A program made the position numbers and the translations under genes. Of a stretch of DNA of 64,000 nucleotides, positions 9,586-18,895 are shown piece after piece. The notes beneath the pieces were generated by a model that was not told where the DNA came from, made no database searches, and was given only the letters and a program-made list of their open reading frames with translations. This stretch comes from Candidatus Fermentibacterota bacterium (lineage in GTDB: Bacteria; Fermentibacterota; Fermentibacteria; Fermentibacterales; JCC-6). Where the stretch lies: positions 3,861-67,860 of the forward strand of contig JAUWSQ010000003.1 in NCBI GenBank assembly GCA_030609965.1, in the 5' to 3' direction. Positions within the stretch are counted from its first letter, which is position 1. Each line of letters starts with the position of its first letter.

Positions 9586-10539
9586 TCAGCTGGTATCGGT
9601 GATGGAGTTCCCGCCGAAGTCCTTCTTCGCGAGAGCCTCCGCGACCATACCGATAAGCAGTATCTGGAGCGAAGCAAGGAGAAACGCTATTGCGGTAGCT
9701 GAGATCACAGGCAGATAGAGCAGGCTCGTTGATGTGTTCTGGGATATCAGTAATGCCATATACACATCATGGATCATTTTCAGAAAACCGATGACGAAAC
9801 AGAATGCCGATACGGGTATGAATACTCTGAGGGGTTTGAAGAGGACCGAAAGACGAAGGACCAGGATCACAAAAGAGAGAAAATCAACGGGGACTATCTT
9901 CGATTTTCCCGCTCGCTTGTGATAATTGATGGGGATGTATTCCACTTTAAGGTCGTCGCACATCGAGGCGACGGTGATGGTGGAAGTGAATGAGAATCCT
10001 CTTGGATAGAGGTGCATGTAACGAAGGGCCATCTTCTTCCTGAAAGCCCTCAGCCCGGAGTTAAGGTCGGGAATGGGCCTCTTCACGATGAACCTTGCCA
10101 GACGCCTCAGGAACCATTTGAATGGCTTCCGGGTAAGCGGTATCCTGACGCTGGAACCTGTTCTGGCTCCCACGACCATTTCCGCACCCGACTCCTCCAT
10201 CCTTAACAGGAGATCCGGTATCCTGTCCACCGGGTAGGTACCATCCGCATCGGTAATCACGATGATCTCGTTCAGGGCGTTCCTGATACCTGTCTTGAGG
10301 GCGACACCGTAGCCCAGGTTCTTCCCGTGGCTGATTACGGCAGCGCCAGCTTCTTCAGCGATTGCGGCAGTTCCATCGGTAGAACCATCGTCTATGAGGA
10401 GTATCTCACCCTCAATTCCGGATCTGTCCATAACCTCCCGGACCAATCTGACGGTCTCTCCGACGGATTCAGCTTCGTTGTATGCGGGGATCAGTATGCT
10501 GGCTTGGAACATCATCCTCCAGACTGTATGATTCATCAT
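9586..10539 (-). CDS. Family 2 glycosyltransferase (polyprenol-phosphate sugar synthase, DPM/ArnC-like) with C-terminal TM segments.
   Basis: ILIPAYNEAES.., LIDDGSTDGT, ITDADGTYP (GT2 DXD). Hydrophobic C-terminus. Confidence 0.8.
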   Translation of the reverse strand: MMNHTVWRMMFQASILIPAYNEAESVGETVRLVREVMDRSGIEGEILLIDDGSTDGTAAIAEEAGAAVISHGKNLGYGVALKTGIRNALNEIIVITDADGTYPVDRIPDLLLRMEESGAEMVVGARTGSSVRIPLTRKPFKWFLRRLARFIVKRPIPDLNSGLRAFRKKMALRYMHLYPRGFSFTSTITVASMCDDLKVEYIPINYHKRAGKSKIVPVDFLSFVILVLRLSVLFKPLRVFIPVSAFCFVIGFLKMIHDVYMALLISQNTSTSLLYLPVISATAIAFLLASLQILLIGMVAEALAKKDFGGNSITDTS

Positions 10540-10590
10540 GAAACATCAGAATAACAAGAAAGGACCTTCAGCAGACCGCTGAAAAGCCTC

Positions 10591-11604
10591 ATGAATATTA
10601 CGAATTCAGCTACCGGCAGCAACAGAGGTAGAGCACTTCTCTGGATAGTGTCGGCCATTGCCGGAGTTGGAGTACTGTTTCTCATAGCGATGAAGACGGG
10701 CTTCCACGAGTTTCTGGATAATCTCAGGCTCATCAGCCCGTGGGTGCTGGTCCCTCTTGCTCTTGTCTACTCCATCTCCTGGCTCTTCCGGGGACTGAGA
10801 CTGAAGCAGATCCTGCACCTCACCGGCGTTAAGGCGGGTTTATTCAAATCCCTCGGGATAGAGCTTCTGGCGGACCTGCCCAATCAGCTAGTGCCGGCCA
10901 AGCTGGGTGACTCGGTGAAGGTTATATACCTTCACAGATCCGGTATGATGGATTTCAGAAAGGGTACCTTCACCGCTTTCCTCGTAAGGATTATGGATCT
11001 TGCGGCCGTCATCATCCTTGCGCTGGTCAGCGCTGCTTTCGTGTCGGCCTCGGTAGCCGGAGGTCACCTCTACTATCTGGTAGCTATAATGGTGTTTATG
11101 GTTATCATGGTTCTTACTGGATGGATATTCACTTTCCGACCGGAAAGGTTCCGAAAACTTCTGATCGGGCCTCTGAAGGGGCTCAGGGAATCCGCAAGTG
11201 AACTGGCAGAACAGCTCAGGAATTCTCCTGGACGCCTGCTGTTTATATTTACCGTCTCCATGCTAGTATGGGTGTTCGACATACTGACCCTTCTGATCTT
11301 CCTTCTGGTCCTTGGAGTTGATCTCTCTTTTGCGGAAACCGCCTTTGTGATGCTTCTGTCAACGGTTGCCAAGATCGTGCCGCTCACTCCAAACGGTCTT
11401 GGCCTCTACGAGGGTATGATGGTGGTCCTTCTGGCGGGTTTCGGTATTAACGAGAGTACAGCTTTCACGGTTGCTCTCCTGGATCACGGTTTTATGAACA
11501 TCTTCTCGCTTTTGCTGTCGGTCGTAGCTGTATACTCTATGGGATTGGGTCTTAAGGGGGCGGGAAAGCTTCTGTGGAGAACCAGGGAGAGTCAGCGGGA
11601 CTGA
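10591..11604 (+). CDS. Flippase-like membrane protein (lysyl-phosphatidylglycerol-synthase TM-region / UPF0104 family).
   Basis: Polytopic membrane protein, about 8 TM. This family usually pairs with GT2/ArnC-like enzymes. Confidence 0.55.
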   Translation: MNITNSATGSNRGRALLWIVSAIAGVGVLFLIAMKTGFHEFLDNLRLISPWVLVPLALVYSISWLFRGLRLKQILHLTGVKAGLFKSLGIELLADLPNQLVPAKLGDSVKVIYLHRSGMMDFRKGTFTAFLVRIMDLAAVIILALVSAAFVSASVAGGHLYYLVAIMVFMVIMVLTGWIFTFRPERFRKLLIGPLKGLRESASELAEQLRNSPGRLLFIFTVSMLVWVFDILTLLIFLLVLGVDLSFAETAFVMLLSTVAKIVPLTPNGLGLYEGMMVVLLAGFGINESTAFTVALLDHGFMNIFSLLLSVVAVYSMGLGLKGAGKLLWRTRESQRD

Positions 11605-13529
11605 TCACCGGTCATGAAGTCCCTGTAGCCCGAACCGCTTATGAACATCTCAAACCAGATGAGAAAATTGAGGATGCACCAGAGTGCTCTTCCGTTATCC
11701 CTTCTCCTGCTCAGATGATCGTGCCAGAGCTTCCGGACGTATCCTTGATCCAGCAGCCCTGTCTCTCCTATCCTGTCACCGGTGAAGTAGGTATTTCCCA
11801 GCTCCAAAAGTGAGTCCTCGAACCAGATCGAGTAGGGCAGTTCGATCCCGAAGTTCTGCCTTCTCCTTATCACGGGTGGAAGAACCCTCCTCATGGCCTT
11901 TTTCTCCACGTACCTTCTGGTGAACCCCCTGATTTTGAACCTGCTTGGAATAGTGGTGAAGAATTCCACAGCTTTCCTGTCCATGAAGGGGAATCTGGCT
12001 TCAACCGAACTGGCCATGAACATCCTGTCGTTCTTCTGCATGAGATCACCGATGAAGAAGTACTTCATGTCGAGTTGGGCCAGTCTGTCGAGATCGCTTT
12101 CGTAATCGAGTGAGTTGAAGAGGTCAGAGAAGAAGTGCTCCGTTCCGGGAAGATCCACCGCCCACGGCATCAGCTCCAGTTTATCGGACCTGTCAAGCAC
12201 GTGCCTGTAGAAAAGGTGGGCATGAGGAGCCGGCAGTTCAGCCCCCCTGGTAAACCTCTTTGCAAGGAAATCGAAGCTGAGTTTGTTGTAAGATACGGGA
12301 AGCATCTTCACCATGGAGGCTACCGATCTCCTGAGGAGTCCTGGTACGAACCTCCTGTATTTATGCGCGATGTAGTTGGCCATGTGGGTCTCGTATGCGT
12401 TGGATATCTCGTCTCCGCCCTCCCCGGAAAGAAGGACTTTCACGTACTTGCCGGCCTCTGCGGAGAGGAGGAGGAACGGTATGGCGGATCCATCACCGAG
12501 AGGTTCATCCATGAATGCCATCTGCCTGAAGATGTTCTTCCTGACATCATCGGAACCCACGGTAATCTCATGATGGATAGTACCTGCATATTCAGCCATG
12601 GCCCTCTGGTAGCTGGATTCATCGAAACTCTTCTCTCTGATCCTGAGGGAGAAGGAATGCAGTTCACTTGATTTGCCAAGAACCCGTGACAGCCCGAGGA
12701 TTGAACTGCTGTCGAGACCGCCGGAGAGAGTGGTGCCGACCGGGGCGTCGGAGATGAGATTCCTGTCCGTTGCACCCAGTATTGCATGGTAGAAGCCCTC
12801 TTCCGCTTCCTCCAGCGTCATTTCGCTGTCAGGATTGAACTGGATCCTGTAGTATTCCTCAGGAACAGGGTCAGCATCGGAATTCAGGTCTATTTCAATC
12901 AGATGGGAGCCGTCGAGTTCGTGAACTCCCTTGAAAGCGGTCAGCGTGCCCGGGATGTATGCCAGCGAGAAGTAATGGAAAATGGCTTCACAGTTGACCT
13001 CCGGCGTGAATCCATGAACCTCAAGGAACGATTTTATCTCGGATGCAAAATAGATTCGATCATCAATTCTTGTCCAGAACAGAGGCCTTGTCCCGTAGAA
13101 ATCCCTCACCAGGTAGACTCTGCTCCGCCTTCTGTCATAAAGTGCGAAGGCGAACATGCCCGAAAGATGATCCATGCATTGTATACCGAGTTCCTGATAG
13201 AGGTGGAGAAGTACTTCGGTATCGGACGAAGTCCTGAATGCGTACTTATCATCGAGCCTGAACTCATCCCTCAGCTCTCTGAAATTCGTGATCTCACCAT
13301 TGTACGCCAGCCAGATGTCGCCTGTTTCGCTGCTCATGGGAAGGTCGGCATCGGTTGAGAGATCGATTACGCTGAGCCTGGTATTACCCAGGAAACATCT
13401 CTCATCGGAGAGAAATCCCCTGGAATCAGGGCCTCGATGATGAAGGATTGATGTCATCCTCTCACCCTGCTGAAGATCCGATTCGGACAGGTGCTGCCCG
13501 AGGCTGATTATTCCCGCGATTCCGCACAT
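11592..13529 (-). CDS. Second asparagine synthetase family amidotransferase (AsnB paralog), 645 aa.
   Basis: MCGIAG N-terminus, SGGLDSS PP-loop. Paralogous to 7615..9582. Confidence 0.85.
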   Translation of the reverse strand: MCGIAGIISLGQHLSESDLQQGERMTSILHHRGPDSRGFLSDERCFLGNTRLSVIDLSTDADLPMSSETGDIWLAYNGEITNFRELRDEFRLDDKYAFRTSSDTEVLLHLYQELGIQCMDHLSGMFAFALYDRRRSRVYLVRDFYGTRPLFWTRIDDRIYFASEIKSFLEVHGFTPEVNCEAIFHYFSLAYIPGTLTAFKGVHELDGSHLIEIDLNSDADPVPEEYYRIQFNPDSEMTLEEAEEGFYHAILGATDRNLISDAPVGTTLSGGLDSSSILGLSRVLGKSSELHSFSLRIREKSFDESSYQRAMAEYAGTIHHEITVGSDDVRKNIFRQMAFMDEPLGDGSAIPFLLLSAEAGKYVKVLLSGEGGDEISNAYETHMANYIAHKYRRFVPGLLRRSVASMVKMLPVSYNKLSFDFLAKRFTRGAELPAPHAHLFYRHVLDRSDKLELMPWAVDLPGTEHFFSDLFNSLDYESDLDRLAQLDMKYFFIGDLMQKNDRMFMASSVEARFPFMDRKAVEFFTTIPSRFKIRGFTRRYVEKKAMRRVLPPVIRRRQNFGIELPYSIWFEDSLLELGNTYFTGDRIGETGLLDQGYVRKLWHDHLSRRRDNGRALWCILNFLIWFEMFISGSGYRDFMTGDQSR

Positions 13530-13687
13530 GGGTGGATACCCCTTTCTGAACTTCTCTCGAAGTTAATCAATACCTTTGAAATCATCCACCCTGTCAGATA
13601 TACTTTATCCATTCATGGCTCTGGACAGGATTCAGGGTCACCAGTATCTTCACACGTTTGCTGAGTTACCCTTAGAAAGGCACGATC

Positions 13688-14680
13688 TTGCTCTCCATAA
13701 TCGCGGTGAATTTCAACAAGGAAGATGTACTACCGGATTTCTTCAGGTCCGTGTACTCAAACGGGTACGAAGATTTCGAGCTCATATTCGTCGATGACTG
13801 CTCAACTGACGGTTCCGTGAGTATAGCGAAGGAATTCCCATGCACCATCCTCCGCAATACCGAAAACATCGGGCCTGCCGCAGGCCGGAATATTGCAGCA
13901 CGGAGAGCGGTGGGAGATGTACTGGTATTCACCGATACGGATATAACCATCGATGAGGGTGGTCTTGAGCGAATAGCGTGCAGTTTCTCCGAAAAAGGAG
14001 TTAAAGCCCTCTTCGGGAAGCTTGAGTTCCCACCGCTGCGAAACACCGCAATAGGCAGGTACTGGCTCTTCGAGGAGCATGAAGTCTGTCATTACGGTGG
14101 AGTGAAAACTGGGCCGGTCAACTGCTGGAGTTCAACTATGGGAGCCGTTGATAAGGAACTGTTCCTGGAAATCGGCGGTTTCAACGAGACCTACAAGGGA
14201 GCCGATATCGAGGACCATGAACTTGCTGCGAAGATACTTCAGAGGGAAGAGGTCTTCTACGATGAAGAGCTGACCTTCCATCATCACTACCCTGACACAT
14301 GGCTCGTTCTGCGGAAGATGTTCACCCGTTCGGCAATGTTCGCCGGATCGGACAGTATCAGGGTTTACAAAGATAGGTCCTGGGTAAGCGGTCACAGGAA
14401 TATAGGCTTTCTCCTTTCAGCCCTCACAGCCGCCCTGCTGATAGCGATTCCAGCCTCTATCTTCCTGCTGCCTTCGATCACACTCTACGTATCCATATTA
14501 CTGGCCGTTTCCATTGCCATGAAGATCCTTCATCACAGACGCATGTTCAGGAATGTCATGAAGAGAGAGGGGCTGGCCTTTGCCGGCTACTGCCTTATTA
14601 TGCTCTATTCAACCTCCCTTTTTGCCATGGCCGGATTCCTCTGGAGTAAGCTGAAAGGCGGGTCGACAGAACATGATTGA
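13688..14680 (+). CDS. Family 2 glycosyltransferase with C-terminal TM domain (TTG start).
   Basis: SIIAVNFN.., FVDDCSTDGS, TDTDI (DXD). Four C-terminal TM helices. Confidence 0.75.
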   Translation: MLSIIAVNFNKEDVLPDFFRSVYSNGYEDFELIFVDDCSTDGSVSIAKEFPCTILRNTENIGPAAGRNIAARRAVGDVLVFTDTDITIDEGGLERIACSFSEKGVKALFGKLEFPPLRNTAIGRYWLFEEHEVCHYGGVKTGPVNCWSSTMGAVDKELFLEIGGFNETYKGADIEDHELAAKILQREEVFYDEELTFHHHYPDTWLVLRKMFTRSAMFAGSDSIRVYKDRSWVSGHRNIGFLLSALTAALLIAIPASIFLLPSITLYVSILLAVSIAMKILHHRRMFRNVMKREGLAFAGYCLIMLYSTSLFAMAGFLWSKLKGGSTEHD

Positions 14681-15749
14681 TCTGCTTGGTAATGCCGTCC
14701 TGTTCTGGGGAAAGGGGTTCAACTACCTGATCTTTCAGATAACGAACAGGTGTAATGCCGCCTGCGAGCACTGCTTCAACTGGAGGAACACTGAAAAGGC
14801 GAATAAGCTCCATGAAAAGGAACTTTCGCTGGATGAGATCGATATGATTTCCCGGAAGCTGCCCCTGATGCTGCTTGTAAATCTCTGCGGGGGTGAGCCC
14901 ACTCTCAGAGAAGACCTTCCCGAGATAGTCAAGCTCTTCGCGGTTAACAACCGTACGAAATTCATAACGATACCGACCAACGGTTTCCTTCCGAACAGGA
15001 CCGAGGAAATATTCGGCAGGATCTTCCGCGAGAATCCCGACACTTTTTTCAGGATCGGAGTATCTCTGGATGGCTGGGAGGAAGAGCACGACGCGATAAG
15101 AAGGCATCCCGGAGGTTTCCAGAAAACATTGAAGACGGCAGCTGTATTGAGGCGCATGAAGAGCAGCTATTCCAATTTCTTCGTGGAAGCGAACATTGTC
15201 TTCAGCACCAATACCCAGAACACCATCCATAAGCTTGTGGACAACATCCATTCAACCGACATGTTCGATTCCATTGCAGTCCTCTATATCAGGGGAAATC
15301 CAAAGGATTCAGACCTCATGCAGCCGGATCTGGATAAATACAAAAAGATCAACCGGGAGATACTGGAGAGGTTCAGGGTCAGAAGACATCCCTCATCCCG
15401 CATTCTGGAAGCTCTCACGGATATGGTCGTTGAAAAGGTCATTGAGGTAGAGTCCACCGGCGGGCGCTGTTTCAAATGCTTCTCCGCCGACCGGATGGCG
15501 GTTCTCAATGCGATCGGCGAACTCTATCCCTGTGAAATACTGGAAGACAGTCTTATCGGGAACGTCAGAGACCGGGAGTACGATATTCCCCTGATGCTTG
15601 ACTCTCCGGAGGGGCGAAAATGGAGTGAATACGCAAAGAAATGCGTATGTACCTGGGAATGTGCGATAAATATGTCATTCATCTATCAGCCTCTGCAATC
15701 CCTGAGGGTCTTTGCAAGAGCCATCAGAAACACTGCCGATAAGGAATAA
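14673..15749 (+). CDS. Radical SAM protein with Cys-rich C-terminal (SPASM/twitch-like) domain.
   Basis: CNAACEHC (CX3CX2C) near the N-terminus. C-terminal CFKCF...YPCE...CVCTWEC cluster. Start overlaps the GT2 stop by 8 nt (operon). Confidence 0.75.
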   Translation: MIDLLGNAVLFWGKGFNYLIFQITNRCNAACEHCFNWRNTEKANKLHEKELSLDEIDMISRKLPLMLLVNLCGGEPTLREDLPEIVKLFAVNNRTKFITIPTNGFLPNRTEEIFGRIFRENPDTFFRIGVSLDGWEEEHDAIRRHPGGFQKTLKTAAVLRRMKSSYSNFFVEANIVFSTNTQNTIHKLVDNIHSTDMFDSIAVLYIRGNPKDSDLMQPDLDKYKKINREILERFRVRRHPSSRILEALTDMVVEKVIEVESTGGRCFKCFSADRMAVLNAIGELYPCEILEDSLIGNVRDREYDIPLMLDSPEGRKWSEYAKKCVCTWECAINMSFIYQPLQSLRVFARAIRNTADKE

Positions 15750-15757
15750 AAGTAGAG

Positions 15758-17107
15758 TTACCGATCCTCTGAAAGCACCACACGGGCATCCGGGTTGCCG
15801 GCTTCAAGGCGCACAAGCTGTGAGACGTAGTGGAGCATCTTCTCCCTCTCCCTCAGGGGCTGATCCCTAACGGCGCTCCACCAGGTGGAGAATGGACCCT
15901 CGATCTCGTTCGAGCTGTAAACCGGCCCCTGGGAGACTGACACTGCGTACATGACGATCCTGTTGGTCTCAAACATCGAAGACGAAATCATCTCGGTGAC
16001 CCTTCCCGACCACATGCCGTAGAGTATAAGTACCGCGGTCGCAATTACAGCTGCGGTCCATCTCCCTGCTGTTTTTATCCTCCTCCACAGCGGTACTGCC
16101 ATCAGCGATATCAGTCCGGCAGCCCAGAGGGATGCCCAGAGGCTGAATCCCCACAGAAAAGAATGTTCAATCCATAGAATTGGAAGGGGAAGGATAACAG
16201 CTGTGAAAGCAATGGCTCCAAATCTGGATGAATCCGGCAGTCGGCGAATCAGGACGGTTGCAGCAACCGCTGCCGCAGCTGCGCCGCAGATGACATAGGG
16301 GCTGAAAACAAGCCTGGCCTGAAAGGGAATGCCCATAAGGATAAGGTTGGACATGCCAAGGATGTAATCGGCACCGGAAACGAAACCTTCACTGTCGATG
16401 TACAGCTGGAATCCTGCCATATGCCTTAGCAGGAAGAACGCTGCTCCCAGAAATACAACGATGATCCAGAGCAGGGCATCGGATTTCAGCAGCTCGGGCA
16501 GTCGCCGTCTGAGGACGACAAGGCCCCATATAGGAAGCAGTACGGAATAGTATATGCCGGTCTCCTTGGAGAGCGTTGCAAGAATGATCGACAGCACTGT
16601 CGCTCCGAGCAGAACCCTCCGTCTTCGGCCCGAAGAATCGCAGTATCTGTCATACAGCAGCAGCCCAAGGATAGTAAAAATGGTGACAAGTCTGTCGTTC
16701 CTGCCGAATATCTTGAACAGCGACATCGCCTGGGCAGGGCCCAGAGCCCAGAGTAAAACAGAGGCTGACGCGATGAAAAACCCGAATCTCCGTTTCAGTA
16801 GAAAGAACGCCGCTGCATAGCATATCCATGACAGGAACAGATCCGAGAAGTGGTACATGACCGCGTTGCTTCCCCACATCGTGTGGTCAAGAAGGATTGA
16901 GAGGCTGTAGACCGGCCGGAAAACATCCCACTGGGTCGATTCGATAACTGCCCAGCCCACCCTGTCATGTCCCTGGAATGTGAACGGTATGATGAATCGG
17001 GTAACAGTCTCGGTGTCGAACGGAAGACTGAAAACATCGGACATGAAGATGAGAATAATGGCAGGATAAGCTATAAGTACCAGCAGAGTGGCATACTTCT
17101 TCGTCAT
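15758..17107 (-). CDS. GT-C fold membrane glycosyltransferase (ArnT/PMT-like, GT39/GT83-type).
   Basis: 449 aa, about 11 TM helices, acidic motif (FDTET) in the first periplasmic loop, soluble C-terminal tail. Typical architecture of polyprenol-P-sugar-dependent transferases. Confidence 0.5.
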   Translation of the reverse strand: MTKKYATLLVLIAYPAIILIFMSDVFSLPFDTETVTRFIIPFTFQGHDRVGWAVIESTQWDVFRPVYSLSILLDHTMWGSNAVMYHFSDLFLSWICYAAAFFLLKRRFGFFIASASVLLWALGPAQAMSLFKIFGRNDRLVTIFTILGLLLYDRYCDSSGRRRRVLLGATVLSIILATLSKETGIYYSVLLPIWGLVVLRRRLPELLKSDALLWIIVVFLGAAFFLLRHMAGFQLYIDSEGFVSGADYILGMSNLILMGIPFQARLVFSPYVICGAAAAAVAATVLIRRLPDSSRFGAIAFTAVILPLPILWIEHSFLWGFSLWASLWAAGLISLMAVPLWRRIKTAGRWTAAVIATAVLILYGMWSGRVTEMISSSMFETNRIVMYAVSVSQGPVYSSNEIEGPFSTWWSAVRDQPLREREKMLHYVSQLVRLEAGNPDARVVLSEDR

Positions 17108-17439
17108 TCGATTTCCATCTTCATTCAGCAGGTTCCATCATCTCGCCAGGATATCTATACTCAAAACGGCTCCGGGAACTGCTCTTCGGTTACGTAATTC
17201 ATCAGTTTCCAGCTGCCCGCTACCATACTCCCGAAGCGGTTTCCCGTCAACGAAATCCCGGCCCGAAATGTCACCGAAAAACATCACCAGATCGAAATTG
17301 ATAATTATTGAGAGCATCTGTATAGTCTGCTCTTCTTCAGGAACCGCAGCATTTTACTGTACTATGCATATCAGCAATTATCGTTCAGATTTCAGATTGG
17401 ATATGCCCCATTGAAAGATAACCCAAAGAGGAAATTCTC

Positions 17440-17733
17440 CGGGAAGAAGAAAATCCGTTCTACACCCGGGTGATCGGATCCTGCCACAGGATGCCCAACG
17501 GAAACACCCTTATCATCGAATCAATACAGGCCAGAGCATTCGAGGCAGGGCTATCAATCCATTGGATATTTATTTTAATATCCTGACCCACTGTCTCCGC
17601 CATTCCGGAGCTTCGAAGGTATCCGGCCAGAATTCTGTTTGCTTTTTGATCAGCTCATTCTCAACCGTATGGAATGTTATTGCTCTCCATTGCCTTCCAG
17701 AATGCTATTACAACTTCTTTTGCATTCATCACA
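17440..17733. pseudogene. Mosaic of paralogous gene fragments: about 110 bp matching the 3' end of the ASST-like gene (plus orientation), joined directly to a 5'/3' deleted copy of the SnoaL-like gene (minus orientation).
   Basis: 17478-17552 translates to GSCHRMPNGNTLIIESIQARAFEAG, cf. GSCQRLPNGNTLITESMFGRAFEV at 5996-6070. 17527-17690 is about 90% identical to 3625-3760. 17690-17733 matches 3990-4034. The junction corresponds to joining 6055 to 3628. Confidence 0.7.
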
Positions 17734-18229
17734 TTTCCTCTGCTTTATATTCTCTTACTCCCCGGGAAACAGCAATATCTTCGGGAATTGTATCCTGCCA
17801 CCCCGATCTGACGTTATCCCTTGAATCAAACCTTTGGATGTAGGGTTTAATATCGAGCAAAGGCGTACCGTTAAGTATGTCAATATCCATAACATGAAGG
17901 ATATTATCTTCAATACTCACTAATCGTACCAGACTCATTCCCAACTTATTTGGACGATGTGGAGCACGGGAAGCAAAAATGCCCTGCTCCTGATCCGAAA
18001 GGTATGGTTTCAGCCGTAAGCATACCTTTCTGGATTTATGAAAGTAATAGAACAGATAGATATGAGAGAACCCTTCAAGGCCTCTCAGGGCGTCCTTGTA
18101 TTCGGTCTCCAATACGATACTGCCCTTAATATCATTACAGAAGACTGGTTGTATCGGGATACTGGAGATCTTATTATGCGGAGAATAGATAGTACCTATA
18201 GATCGAAAACTGAATATCTCATCATTCAT
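17729..18229 (-). CDS. trmO: tRNA (adenine37-N6)-methyltransferase TrmO/TsaA (YaeB/UPF0066 family).
   Basis: YaeB-family motifs: FSHIYLFYYFH.., GIFASRAPHRPNKLGMSLVRL.., LNGTPLLDIKPY. GAGGTG RBS. Confidence 0.65.
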   Translation of the reverse strand: MNDEIFSFRSIGTIYSPHNKISSIPIQPVFCNDIKGSIVLETEYKDALRGLEGFSHIYLFYYFHKSRKVCLRLKPYLSDQEQGIFASRAPHRPNKLGMSLVRLVSIEDNILHVMDIDILNGTPLLDIKPYIQRFDSRDNVRSGWQDTIPEDIAVSRGVREYKAEEM

Positions 18230-18238
18230 ATGACCACC

Positions 18239-18481
18239 TCAAATCAACAGATCCAGAAAGTTGTCAAAGGGTAACGCTTCGTGTAACCAGCCGTCAGAAG
18301 GTGTAAAGTGAAGCATAGACATTGACAAATGTGAGTTAACGCGGTTGTTAACTGTAAAAGAAGAAGGACTATCAGACCATATATTAATTCTTTTCATCTC
18401 GGCTTCAATTTCATCGAGCTTGGATAATACCCGCCTATCTTTCTCTGATAATATCTTCCTGTGTTTATCCGATATGTTCAT
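18239..18481 (-). CDS. Hypothetical small protein (80 aa). Possibly spurious, since it spans the conserved GTTAAC motif.
   Basis: Charged, coiled-coil-like N-terminus. Second half is low-complexity. Ends just before the trmO RBS. Confidence 0.2.
   Translation of the reverse strand: MNISDKHRKILSEKDRRVLSKLDEIEAEMKRINIWSDSPSSFTVNNRVNSHLSMSMLHFTPSDGWLHEALPFDNFLDLLI
18322..18352. promoter_or_regulatory. Second copy of the TTGACA-N-GTTAACGCGGTTGTTAAC motif (GTTAAC-N6-GTTAAC).
   Basis: Matches 4074-4104 at about 26 of 31 positions. Lies about 100 bp upstream of trmO on the minus strand. Confidence 0.4.
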
Positions 18482-18499
18482 ATTCCTTCAAATCCATTG

Positions 18500-18883
18500 C
18501 TATCCTGTTTCTTTTGCCAGAGCCCGGACAATGATATTGGCCGCAAGTTTGCTGGTGAGTCGATCTCTATCGAATTCCGGACATACTTCTGTGATTTCAA
18601 TGATACGGGTTCGGGGATCCGAAGCCGCAACATCTGCAATTTCACAAACCTCACGAGCGCTGAATCCCATTGGGCCGGGATCACTAACTCCCGGTGCTTC
18701 CACAGATCTGACAACATCAAGATCAAAACCAAAGAAGATCCCGTCTGAATCGGAACCATTGATGATGGATCGGAGAGATACTCCAAATCTTATGTCATTG
18801 GGATCGTTTCGGGAATAGAAAACACCATCTTCTGCAGGGATAACGTAATCTGTGACCTTCAGCGTATTTTTCAGATTGTCCAT
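18500..18883 (-). pseudogene. Arginase/agmatinase/formiminoglutamase-family C-terminal fragment. The N-terminal roughly 200 aa with metal ligands is absent.
   Basis: ..GIFFGFDLDVVRSVEAPGVSDPGPMGFSAREV..RIIEITEVCPEFDRDRLTSKLAANIIVRAL matches the ureohydrolase C-terminal consensus (DVD..DP..APG..P.PGG.S.RE...EV.P..D....T...AA). The ORF is only 127 aa and abuts the next gene. Confidence 0.4.
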
Positions 18884-18895
18884 CCTGTACTCTTC

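Noticed and set aside
12135-13358. Plus-strand ORFs of 178 and 190 aa inside the second asnB.
   Set aside because: Antisense to a well-supported AsnB gene. No motifs.
17150-17330. 59-codon minus-strand ORF beginning MLSIIINFDL, superficially like the GT2 N-terminus MLSIIAVNFN.
   Set aside because: The similarity covers only about 8 residues, lacks the GT2 acidic motifs, and has no RBS. It is probably chance, or at most another short remnant.
18345-18818. 157-aa plus-strand Ser/Leu-rich ORF.
   Set aside because: Low complexity, antisense to the arginase-family fragment and small ORF region. No motifs.
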